Assembly (NCBI GenBank): GCA_043804695.1 | Contig: JAZDIV010000080.1 | Coordinates: forward strand, 1 to 37,933 | Length of the DNA stretch: 37,933 nucleotides | Reading direction: 5' to 3' | Source of the DNA: PVC group bacterium | GTDB lineage: Bacteria; Auribacterota; Erginobacteria; Erginobacterales; Erginobacteraceae | Shown: in pieces, positions 30,301 through 35,303 of the stretch | Layout of the letters: each line of letters opens with the position of its first letter | Numbering within the stretch: position 1 is the first letter of the stretch | Position numbers and translations under genes: made by a program | The notes under the pieces: generated by a model | What the model was told of the DNA's origin: nothing | Database searches by the model: none | The model's input: only the letters and a program-made list of their open reading frames with translations

Positions 30301-33057
30301 GCCTTGAAGGGAGACATGGTCCGCTCCGAGTTCGACCAGAAACCCGCTGTTGACGGCGCCGGTGCAGGAGAAGTTCTCCACCTGGTAATAATCTCCGGAT
30401 ATCCGCAGGCAGTAGGCGGCGGTCCCGTTCCCGTTCAACAGGACTTCTCCGTTGTAGCCGGTGATCCTCACCGGGAAGGTGGAGGAGCCCTCGTCACCGG
30501 CGGAAAGCACCAGAGGTTCGGAAAGGGCGTAGGTCCCCGGGGTCACGTAGACGATGTCCCCCTGGACGAGGTCGTAATTCTGGAGGATCCAGCGGAGGCC
30601 GTCGGTGACGCTTTCCGAGTCTTTTCCCTCCACGGTTTGGGCGAAGTAGACCCCCTGGGTCCGGAAAGAGAAATACGAATCGGGGATCGTGGTCTGGGCC
30701 TGGAAAGCGGTTTCGTTCGGAGGGGTCGCGTCATCCCGGCCAGTGACCTGCCAATAATACGTCGTGTTCGAAAGAAGACTTATGGTCCAGATGTTGTTCG
30801 GGATCCACCCGGAAGTGAACAAGGCGGGGGAATCGAAGTCCGGCGTGGTGTCAAGGCGAAAATAATAAGGTGTCGCGTTAAGACCGGATAGGGCATCGCT
30901 GTAAGTGTTGGCGATCAGGCTGGTCAGGCGGTGCTGCCCGACCATACCGTCAGCCGGACTGAAGCATCCCACGTTCCGGGGAGGGGTATTGTCGGTGATC
31001 AGGATCCCGGTGCGGGCATCGGTGGCGCAGGGGGAGGAACCCGCCGAATGGGCTATCTGTACACGGGTGGTGGGACTGTCGGAAAAAGAAGCGGTATTCC
31101 AATCGGTGAAGGGACTGGCATCATAATCCGCCCCGCTGGTGATGGTTGACCAGGTTACTGAATCCGTGGACAGGGAAATGGTAATTTTATCCGAGCTGTC
31201 CCATCCCGTCCCGTAAGTCCGCCAGGAGATGTCATGCGTCCCGCTCCACTTTTCATAGCCGAGCGGGCCTCCCAGCGGCGAATCGATGCCGATGCTCCGG
31301 AGGCTGGACCTGGAGGCCTGGGAGGTGTTGGCGAAGAGACCGAGGTTGACCCTCGAGCCGTTGGGATCGGGCTCGAGGCTGTAATCGGCGCCGGCCGGCT
31401 GGACCGCCAGTGACCCGGTGGCGTGGGCGAAATCCACTCCCCCGCAGCCGATAAGCGAATTCCCGGATATGCCCGTATAGGCGATGAAATCCCCCTCGAT
31501 TTCGATCCAATCCCCTTCCGCGGTGAAGCCGGAACTGCTGGCCAGGGGGATGGTTGGCGCACCCGCCGGGATACTGGAGGCCAGGGGGGAAGAGATATCG
31601 ATAGTCCGTCCGCCGTTGAGGCCGGGACTGGAATCGCTGTCAACGACCCATTCGCCCGCCCGGTAGCGCCCCTCCGTGCTTTGCAGATGATAATCCAGCC
31701 CGTCGGGATCGGCGAACATGGGGTCGCCGCTGATGCTGTGGCCGTCCTGCCCGCTGTTGAGGACCCAGGCGCGAAAATCGACCTGGTATTTCCCCTTCCA
31801 ATATCCGGCCTTAGCTCCTTCTCTGAGATAAAGAAGGTTAAAGTCGGATCGGTATGATCTCGTTTCCGGACTAGGATCGGAGAAATAGAGGGCAAAACCA
31901 GAGGTGCCCCTCGGGACTATTATATTGCCTTGTATCCGCAAATGATTGGATAGGGGTGTTACATTTATGCCGGTGTCGCCATAGATGGTGTTCCGGGAAA
32001 CCAGCAGGTCGCTCGTGTTGAATAGCACGGCGGCCGTTACGTTCCCCGCGAAGAGACAGTGATCGATAACGTTGGTGCTCCCCGAGTCGAGAAATATCCC
32101 TTGCTGGTTGCCCAGCACCGTGTTCGATCGCATAGCCAGATTCCGGCAACTGGCTCCATATAATCCGGTATAGTTATCGGCGAGGGTGTTATTTTCGATT
32201 ATATGATTAATGCCGGAAAGATTGAGGCCGGCCTGTTGATTCCCTCGGAACGAATTCCCGAACAGGGTGAGGTTGGTCGTGGAGCTGGCATAAAGACCAT
32301 GGCGGGGCGCGGATTGGAGTGTGAAGTAGGAGATTTCGATAAAACCGTTTCGATATAGCGAGAGAATGTCATAAGCCGGCAAACGTATCCCGGAATAGAC
32401 GCTTCCATTGGGAGAACCGGCGAAGGTCAATTTCCCGGAGGTCGTCCCCGTGTCGGACGAATCGATGTAGAGACGGTGGGGAAGGTCCCAGCTTCCCGTG
32501 TCAACATGGACCACGTCCCCGGCTCTCAGGACATATCCGTCAATGATGGACTGGAGGTTCCATTTCGGTGTCGCCGGAGTTAAGCCGTTGTTGGCGTTGT
32601 TACCCACCGCGCTGCAATAAACGTCGTTGGATGTATCGGTGTCGTTGACAAAGTAAGATGTTCCGGTCACCGCGTTGCTGATCGTAAAATCATACCCGCT
32701 CTCGTCAGAGACGGTCGAATCCGCCGTCCAGGATATTTTGACCCGGTAGTTGGCTCCGTTGTTGGTTGCCCCGGTGTAAAAACGGAACTCTTCCAGGTCA
32801 TAGGGGAGGTTGGTCGCGAGCTGGGTGTCGTAAGTGGAGCCGCTGTCCGCTGACAGCTCGATTTTGACCGTATCGGTCAATATCCAGCCGGTTGTGGAAG
32901 TAGTCCAGGCAATATCGTTCGCCCCGCTCCAGACCAGCCCGTTGGTGTTGGGTGAGATCAGGGTGATGGTCTGTCCGAAACCATCTGTGCCCCGGAAACA
33001 GACCATGATGAGAATCAGGGCACAGCCGGCGGAAAAGGTTAGATGAGCTTTTTTCAT
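15367..33057 (-). CDS. Giant secreted surface protein (5896 aa): parallel beta-helix repeats, Ig/Fn3-like modules, Ca-binding DxDxDG repeats, Pro/Thr linkers, four C-terminal WYxxEGxT/FDE repeats (DUF5719-like)
   Basis: Uninterrupted ORF with signal peptide; N..GIYL beta-helix repeats; 7 copies of a PNGGRINxGAYGNT..AS-type motif; DTDNDGLLDGDE-type repeats; (TP)n tracts. Confidence 0.93.
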   Translation of the reverse strand: MKKAHLTFSAGCALILIMVCFRGTDGFGQTITLISPNTNGLVWSGANDIAWTTSTTGWILTDTVKIELSADSGSTYDTQLATNLPYDLEEFRFYTGATNNGANYRVKISWTADSTVSDESGYDFTISNAVTGTSYFVNDTDTSNDVYCSAVGNNANNGLTPATPKWNLQSIIDGYVLRAGDVVHVDTGSWDLPHRLYIDSSDTGTTSGKLTFAGSPNGSVYSGIRLPAYDILSLYRNGFIEISYFTLQSAPRHGLYASSTTNLTLFGNSFRGNQQAGLNLSGINHIIENNTLADNYTGLYGASCRNLAMRSNTVLGNQQGIFLDSGSTNVIDHCLFAGNVTAAVLFNTSDLLVSRNTIYGDTGINVTPLSNHLRIQGNIIVPRGTSGFALYFSDPSPETRSYRSDFNLLYLREGAKAGYWKGKYQVDFRAWVLNSGQDGHSISGDPMFADPDGLDYHLQSTEGRYRAGEWVVDSDSSPGLNGGRTIDISSPLASSIPAGAPTIPLASSSGFTAEGDWIEIEGDFIAYTGISGNSLIGCGGVDFAHATGSLAVQPAGADYSLEPDPNGSRVNLGLFANTSQASRSSLRSIGIDSPLGGPLGYEKWSGTHDISWRTYGTGWDSSDKITISLSTDSVTWSTITSGADYDASPFTDWNTASFSDSPTTRVQIAHSAGSSPCATDARTGILITDNTPPRNVGCFSPADGMVGQHRLTSLIANTYSDALSGLNATPYYFRLDTTPDFDSPALFTSGWIPNNIWTISLLSNTTYYWQVTGRDDATPPNETAFQAQTTIPDSYFSFRTQGVYFAQTVEGKDSESVTDGLRWILQNYDLVQGDIVYVTPGTYALSEPLVLSAGDEGSSTFPVRITGYNGEVLLNGNGTAAYCLRISGDYYQVENFSCTGAVNSGFLVELGADHVSLQGGRSFNNGGDGIEIQGSYCTVRNMLAYGNTLAGIHLAASHDSSLYNNTCSGNGTREVFLEDNPPNGSIAATIANNILWGIGLGRTALFVEPESQTGFGSDYNDLYATGSASLGYWNSATRAAFSDWTNSSLQDGHSLNDNPLFVGGGNYRLQSVAGSYKPGIGWTNDGNTSLGIDAGDPILPYSYETAPNGGRTNLGAYGNTREASRSPGKTGGNFYVNDADDSFDYYCSTIGMPWPIHDGAAPDSPLDSAQAVFDHHAIGPGDNIFIDTGFYQVTAPINVTAAGSAGNRVSLVGSPEGTVADGQNTASSIVRVINAPHVQLSELQFINATGDGISAANSHYFGVCGVAVTASGANGLALSTSDGILIRNSAFLLNKESGIYLYKAYSAPRVESNSSFSNAEYGIYLYQCSNGILDNNECHSNTKHGIYLNKCSDINILSGNLCYSNGDMISEFSAGIFLYASPSDVLNNRCYGNYYGVFLQDVTAPVVSGNTLSGSYGAYFSRSRESVVSNNIVQGTTSLGLYFVSSPDCLIRNNTFANTGIAGVYLPSDSTRATLRNNVFWANGTGNSALYFALSNPATGGYLSDYNLFYTTGNARIGYWSGGRSTLPLWQSASRQDGHSAFANPQFAEPGASDFHLKSREGRYENGVWTNDGVNSPGINKGMASDDYSNEPSPNGGRINQGAFGNTAEASWSQPTETKTISLDSPQGSPLGMEKWSRGHDISWSVYGAGWSIADQLDIEYTTNGTSFFEITSGIPYIASPYAVWNTLSTPHDHPDYRVRISAQGGPAYYAKDISGFIIVDNTPPVNVGCRLPPDGSPRESLSTTLTARVATDTPAGLDATPYYFQIDTVPSFDSPDLQNSGWRLLPTWHPALNANTSYYWRVNARDRADPRNERRYCGDPDAVGTYWTFRTQGIYHALDIESATTGLRWILDNVGLFSGDVVFVDAGSYFLSAPLDFTDADEGSAEAPVRIVGYDGEVILDGGGTAANCLVVSGDYYSIENFQFTNAAGSGVLITGDHNTLWGGASWGNQSDGIEVTGDYVTIKNMRLYNNLLAGIHLYTSHHGLIENNTCTNNGTREVFLEDYVPAAPDHRVGSTYCTLENNILWAGSPGRVAAYVEEESQVGLSSDYNDLYATAGAAIGYWNSATAAAFAAWTGASFQDQTSISADPLFAPGTDDYHLLSTAGRWNGIAWTDDTQASPCLDKGHPASIYAFESAPNGGRINIGAYGNTLQASRSPGTAAGNNYYVNDSSPDWDFYCATTGLPWPLHTGTSPNDPLPSLQAVFNAHTVAAGDTVYVDTGLYTVTGTISLPSSGSAGNPLTISGSPNTTILDIEGVVPICLYLNAKHYVTLSRLKVFNAASYAFLLSSSQYCAIADCEARGSGIDGFYLTLNCQSLSLRNNSSSYNYGRGFHLYNAGDEPLISGNRADSNLLEGFYVFSVNSLSFLDNSSISNLGMGVYCYYVSGQNRIIGNTARDNAGIGLYLYRTAGAIRDNVSDGNSLGMYLYLCSASTISGNVFSANRGQGLYLRESSLSTVSHNVSHGNQADGIYLNGCSNSYIISNTCYSNVNELFINSSSAQIPIVNNILWASGTDASYCIYIQRFPDPGDYTSNYNILYATGGANIGYWMGKRPTFPSWQLASSQDGASLNLNPVFVGKESGDFHVQSPLGSYHDGNWTADTNAGPGLNLGQIYTADSYLASPIDPSSTFVELTDAANFLDQTSAVEIRGDFIAYTGKTGNNLTGVSGIDEAAGAGMRVFQPIGSDYTGEPRPSGGRINIGAYGGTDQASLADRKTLAMVEPLGGEKWNGVHNIRWLAVGEDWVSGDPLILEYTTGGTSFFTISTETYPTQQYTGWNTLSASGDRNSYQISIREPTGLKASSGTFTIDNTPPGNVSCFLPEEGETGLPDYVPLRARDARDALVGLHALPYYFQVDNDPSFTPPDLISSGWIALNMWCPGLSTGKTYYWRVKARDEIFNESTFCGFNADTAGYGTFSTSAVHHATSIEAATTGLRWILANRDLEPGDTVYVSSGTYIITSPLTISTGDEGSNYYPVRIAGSGPGVILDGNNAIANCLILEGNNTILDNVSFTRATGAGLLVSGDNNIVFRGRSWANGGDGVLVTGNANQLVNFLAYRNAGAGFSLDGGEGNRVVNVTSHNNNRGEVICQNAPHSYLRNNILWAAATDAHGIYVDAASEDDFASDYNDILGPAPAYTGYWGGDLSTLNDWQGASLQDGGSLSLDPLFAPGADDYHLQSPYGRWVGWAAWTDADISVSPGIDAGDPAFRYALESSPKGGRINLGAYGNTYQASRSPGGTGFNYWVNDTSTQDDVYTTSIGSDSYGGTLPNRPKATLKALIDNVDLEPGDTVYVDTGSYPLAATVEIGLPDSGIAGNPVFLTGSPNRSLLRGNAAVNTGIYLNQAEYLELEELAIASALDYGLRLQEADHIAVRDSAITWNGQSSAGAITSGGVGIYGTGGSAITISGNLITGNITSGIQFQDCSGPIISGNLIGKNYGYRTSHAGLQANKCPGFSVTGNAIFLNYSGLAVSDSNSTEADGNTIYSNEESGASFSSSAAIFRNNLVYRNLGDGAAFSGQSALIENNTLYQNSGQEIYVNDPGGAAKNNTVWTSGTGNYGVFFIASQFSDFNNLFADGNATLGYWGGPRTTLAAWQIASRQDQHSLSADPLFVDPAGPDGIIGGDHGADDDFHPQSTEGSYHFGSWAADAADSPSLNTGNPYDDYLLETAPNGNRINQGASGGTAEASRSSLDTLFLVTPYGGSVGGEKWSGSHDLAWLPVGDGWGGGDTVSLEYATDGTSFTAIATGLAWSDFTYPVWNTTAYPDGDTCQVRVSDDSDPAVVSASGRFMIDNSHPTNVGCASPDNGSIGHPGALTLSALTAQDALAGLNAQPYYFRLDIVSTFNSATGLRLSDWLADPEWSLQTLSNRTWYYWQVKARDDADLPNESQFCGDTDSPNWWTFKTAANYYVTDTQEFRDVLTSTILEQGDRIYLDAGGDFTVTGSPVSVTDAHSGTQELPIHIEGYNGRPTMTGDGFVSHLLEIHSYYTIVQGIDFTGAGGSGLLIAGEHDMVNSCQSYANGGDGIEVTGDYNRIQNTMDYLNGGAGILLNTAQRCEIYNNTIYDNTTAGLRLLNSPNNDLKNNISWSIGTGEHAVYVDAASQSGFASDWNDLYSTGNASVGYWNGDRVTFNDWTEASARDQSGLSANPRFYKLAYMGNEEYIYDFHLISNYFAYSPCIDRGTDGVIIPVTDYDGESRWKDPLVTGPTIYDIGADEYVDTDTDLLPDYWEYQFFGHLGYGYQQDPDQDGIIGNPFTNIEEYDRYTNPNNPDTDFDHFTDGEEITYYQGSTNPLDPDTDNDGLLDGDEVYVYTNTPYSSVTCNPLDPDTDDDGFQGNFGDGSEVDYWNASSWSNWSADINYGGGNGVVNLLDQDSDGDGCPDGWEVFYSLNPADYGQFNIQSGGVGDPDGDRLNNLEEYYFGTNPLNSGSPQTRYVDASAAPGGNGSSWAAAWDTIEDALDWKETTNAPAIVLVTAGIYYESNLELTRNGIALMGADPYQRPVIDAGGAGRAFSAFNIQTAKIDSFEIRNASNSGSGGAFYLFNASPTLSNLMIHNNAAVGTGRGGALYITGSAARPLVIDCTIAQNTGYNNYGGIYIASGASPRIANCILWDNGDDLQGATANMVSSSNIQDGDYNGFYGNISAEPGFYHAYSRYFHLSTFYGQTNPNINAGTSWKAMLYDYEGDARWNYLSAPVTGLGIDGYYYYDIGADEYVDQDYNTLPDWWEMKYFAATGQNPNIDEEPDGLTNYQEYYYLTDPLNRDTDFDGLTDSDEVTYWNTVHDVDWPANPANPHRWESDDNGDHIVNILDPDSDWDALSDGAEAVYYKTDPAAVDTDGDGLEDGDEVSYWNVQHNSDFPGGAVTTWNYDWDGDGIPNLLDPDSDGDSTPDGWESDHLIDPSDDGFYFLVNGAGGDPDNDRINNYLEYGFGTDPNLAWSPQTVVVDDDGWADYTSIKAAIADNTGPLSIIVRAGFYAERDISMKEGMALLGEYAGDTIIDAAGGRGILFSGISSALVDGFTIRNANYNGPGAGIFCYASSPFISNCVIRNNTATGASGHGAALYAMNSSAPVVVNCTIAANTGDGGRGGIEIDSVDDSILLINDILWNNGDDLFGVQTDMVYYCDIEDGDYDGINGNVSLDPLFTNAPAGNYHIHWTSPLICAGAYRYAGGYDMDGVTRPQTTCPGALVPGPPVTKSPQESFNIGAHEALALPSPTPTPTVTPTPTVTPTPSVTPTGTPTPIVPPPTRPPPMPTRTPTPVGYKTATPTPMPTATPAGYKTPVPTPTRIDFYYRDQIHHSFLYLWISNNPVPDTYYTIGWSTGAWREIYGMPEYRWYAAQWTYGTGPGQTWFSAWTYHETATQYLDALWTTPSSTPTPVQTRTPTPTPSVTPTPKITPTPKITPTPKPTPTPEGYKTPSPSVTPTPTPTPTPSYAYWYVAAGGTEINGFDFDEYVSITNPTTDDAYIEITALDELGPIRRVNDIVSPESRHTLYLNDMLKGTRGEKNDSVSLLVYDLTDRVIMVDRSMYWDAGGVTWGGGHNSVGSNTISARWYLPEGATHIFDEFIHVVNPDKDFAADVRVTFMNKYGDTFTAQTFIGSESNWTVHANEVAGSQDQLATMVESLPQPNPAIVAKWPPSGCVPVAADRTMYWDSFPGEPPETIKWIDGHASLGTTEVSTIWYLSEGATHLFDEYILVINPSPDREAEIKITLMNLDGIILEQAETVGPHSRYTMEVKNFVGYQAHVSAVVESTNGVFIMCERAMYWMAGGIPWAGGHDSIGAVRPAPVWYLPEGATDIFDEYILMANPDPARTARARITFYFENDPPINTYVTIDPNTRQTLYVNNVLGEINAISARVEETTEPFANKIPLIIERAMYWNTPPVSTGVTWGGGHDTIGIPVWIEGK

Positions 33058-33080
33058 TTATTTTTTCTTCGAAAAAATAA
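33058..33080 (-). promoter_or_regulatory. cGAAg-triloop hairpin directly abutting the giant-gene ATG
   Basis: Minus strand ttattttttc-GAA-gaaaaaataa-ATG; identical 23-mer upstream of rpsU at 12916-12938. Confidence 0.65.
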
Positions 33081-33184
33081 GAATGGTATATTTGGAATTT
33101 TCCGATATTTATCGGGATGCGCCTCTGGAGCACAAAAAATGTCGTAGCGGCAGCCTTCAGGCTGCCAGATAGTGGCGACCTGAA

Positions 33185-33352
33185 GAGGCTGTCCGGTAAT
33201 TCGGATTTTAGGCATTTTGGATGTCATTGCGAGGAGCGCAGCGACGAAGCAATCCCATTATTTTAGATAAGAGGCGGTTATGAATGAAAAAATAGTTTGC
33301 TTCGCCCCTTCCGGGGCTCGCAATGACATTTCAGGGTTTACCGGACAGCCTC
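33185..33352. mobile_element. 168-bp MITE, 15-bp perfect TIRs, 4-bp TSD (TGAA); IS1182/IS5-like ends
   Basis: GAGGCTGTCCGGTAA ... TTACCGGACAGCCTC with tgaa on both sides; removal restores a perfect REP hairpin. Confidence 0.88.
33221..33329. repeat. GTCATTGCGAG...CTCGCAATGAC palindromic element (RPE-like), copy 1
   Basis: atgtcattgcgag / ctcgcaatgacat termini with internal gaagcaa/ttgcttc pairing; second copy at 36740-36839. Confidence 0.8.
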
Positions 33353-33418
33353 TGAAGGTCGCCGCTACGAAGTTAGCGCGAAGCGCTAAGCTCCTTTTTG
33401 TACAAAAACCCCGTTTAT

Positions 33419-33447
33419 AATATATGGTATAAATAGAGAATAGTCAA
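33419..33447 (-). promoter_or_regulatory. Putative promoter of the giant gene
   Basis: Minus strand TTGACT-17 nt-TATATT. Confidence 0.65.
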
Positions 33448-33544
33448 TATGCCGCTCGTAAATTCATTAGAGTTCGCTCTCCCGGCGCAATTTCGTGAAC
33501 GCCATTACTTTGTTGCAGTTCCGCAACGGCAAGTTAATTCCCCG

Positions 33545-33573
33545 TTGACCCCCTTTCTCTCTTGTATTAGACT
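33545..33573 (+). promoter_or_regulatory. Putative promoter of the glycosyltransferase gene
   Basis: TTGACC-17 nt-TAGACT. Confidence 0.6.
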
Positions 33574-33601
33574 TAACTCTTTGAAATTAGGTTCACAACT
33601 C

Positions 33602-33624
33602 TAATTTTCTCGGAGAGAAAATTA
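33602..33624 (+). promoter_or_regulatory. cGGAg-triloop hairpin 2 nt before ATG
   Basis: taattttctc-GGA-gagaaaatta-ta-ATG, perfect 10-bp stem. Confidence 0.65.
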
Positions 33625-33626
33625 TA

Positions 33627-35264
33627 ATGGGAACCACCGCCGAATATCGCCGCCTTTTCGACAGGATAACATTAACCGGATTCATTATCCTGGTCACGAT
33701 AGTCATCGGCGTTCTCTGCTGGGGGATCTACTACTCCCGGCACTATGAAGGGATTTTAACCATTGACGCGATGAACCAGGCGCAGGTCGCCCGCCATCTC
33801 TTCCGGGGGGAAGGACTGACCACCAGTTTTCTCAAGCCGGTCTCTATCCTGCTCGGGAATTACTCGGTACCTACCCCCGATTGCTATATCTCGCCTTTAC
33901 CGGTTCTGATCCTCTCCCGATTCCTTAAGGTCATCGGGCTGAACGACTTTGCCGTTCTCGGCTATTCAGTTTTCTGGGCTTTCTTTGCCGGGATTCTGCT
34001 GCTGCTGTTATCGCGGATGCTTTTCCATCACCTGATCATTGCTTTGCTGGTTTTCCTGAACTACATGTTCAATATCGGCGTCCTGGAAAGTTCTTTCTCC
34101 GGGCTTTCGATGACGGTTATTTCCTGTATCTTGTTGATCGTGATATGGTTGTATTATGTCCGGAACCGTTCATCCGTGGTCTGGACAATGATTTTCGGCA
34201 TTCTGGCCGGGATACTATATTTAAGTGAGTTTGATTTTTTATTTCTGGCAGTCCCTCTGGGGGTTTTAACTGTCATTGACTCGAAAGGAAATAGATGGCC
34301 GCACGCTCTCGTTTTTCTCTTCGCTTTTGTTTTGGTCGCTCTGCCCTGGATGATCAGGAATGCCGTGGTCACCGGCAATCCGTTCTTCTCCCTCAGATGG
34401 CTTGATTTCAAGGCGTTCAGCCTGCCCTTCCCCGGGAATAAAATCACCCGGGATTTTGCCGTTTCCTCGTTTGCCTCAACTTTGCCGATGACAATCTTAT
34501 GGAATAAGTTCCTGATGTTCAATCGCCTGATGTATTCCTTGTGGCTTTCTCTCTCGCTCTCTCTCCTGCTCCCGCTGTTCCTCGCGGGAGGTTTACTCCG
34601 GTTTCAGGATGCCCGCTGGGGAAGAGCGATGCGGCTGGCAATAATCCTTTTTTTCTCGCAGCTGGCTTTAATAGCGGCCGGGAACGGTGATTTCGCGCGT
34701 CTCTTATCGTTTATGCCGCTGATAGTGGTGGGAGGGATGGCCGGCTTTATACAATTGCTCGCCGATCTCAAGCTGAAAACAGAGAAGCGATACTGGCTGA
34801 TGATTTCTATCTTGTGCTGTGTAAATTTTTTCCCCGGGCTGATCAGTTTGGTGTACGGACTTCCTGAACAGAGGTATATATCAGCAGCCTTTTCAAAAGA
34901 TGAGGCGGCGCTATTGAAAGAAGCCGGGACCATGGATAAGATACGGAGGATGATGAAGGATGATGAGGTTGTTGTTTCCGACATCCCCTGGGCGGTAGCC
35001 TGGTATGCCGGCCGGAAAGCGGTCTGGATCCCCTGGGAAATTGAGCAGATGAAGGCCATTAAACAGGAAGTTAAGAATTTACGGTTTCTTCATCTTTCCC
35101 CGATGATATTCAGGTATCCTGGGGTTGAAAATGCCGGCCCCTGGCGGGAGATCTACAGAAGCGGGATGGTTCCGGAGTGGCTGGAAGTCGATCGGGGAAT
35201 CCTCCTCCCCGGCGATCACCTCTTCATGGGGGACATTATCTTTGAACGGCTTGACCTGGAATAA
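33627..35264 (+). CDS. Multi-TM GT-C glycosyltransferase (ArnT/PMT_2, GT39-like)
   Basis: D..NQAQVARHL..GEG after TM1, many TM helices, PWMIRN..VTGNPF motif, C-terminal SDIPWAVAWY.GR. Confidence 0.8.
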   Translation: MGTTAEYRRLFDRITLTGFIILVTIVIGVLCWGIYYSRHYEGILTIDAMNQAQVARHLFRGEGLTTSFLKPVSILLGNYSVPTPDCYISPLPVLILSRFLKVIGLNDFAVLGYSVFWAFFAGILLLLLSRMLFHHLIIALLVFLNYMFNIGVLESSFSGLSMTVISCILLIVIWLYYVRNRSSVVWTMIFGILAGILYLSEFDFLFLAVPLGVLTVIDSKGNRWPHALVFLFAFVLVALPWMIRNAVVTGNPFFSLRWLDFKAFSLPFPGNKITRDFAVSSFASTLPMTILWNKFLMFNRLMYSLWLSLSLSLLLPLFLAGGLLRFQDARWGRAMRLAIILFFSQLALIAAGNGDFARLLSFMPLIVVGGMAGFIQLLADLKLKTEKRYWLMISILCCVNFFPGLISLVYGLPEQRYISAAFSKDEAALLKEAGTMDKIRRMMKDDEVVVSDIPWAVAWYAGRKAVWIPWEIEQMKAIKQEVKNLRFLHLSPMIFRYPGVENAGPWREIYRSGMVPEWLEVDRGILLPGDHLFMGDIIFERLDLE

Positions 35265-35303
35265 TCCCCCTACGACGCCCCCTTTTTAAACAGACGATCG
35301 AAT

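Larger units (their letters stand above)
33142..33370. repeat. GTAG-type REP doublet interrupted by a MITE
   Basis: GTAGc-ggcagcc-ttca-ggctgcc ... ggcgacc-tgaa-[insert]-tgaa-ggtcgcc-gCTAC. Confidence 0.85.

Noticed and set aside
15283..31857. Many plus-strand ORFs up to 754 aa opposite the giant gene
   Set aside because: Antisense shadows (V/G/D-rich mirror of the real frame).
15367..33057. Diversity-generating retroelement target or intein in the giant gene
   Set aside because: No reverse transcriptase, no adenine-specific TR/VR pair and no intein motifs seen by eye; internal repeats are diverged at all bases.
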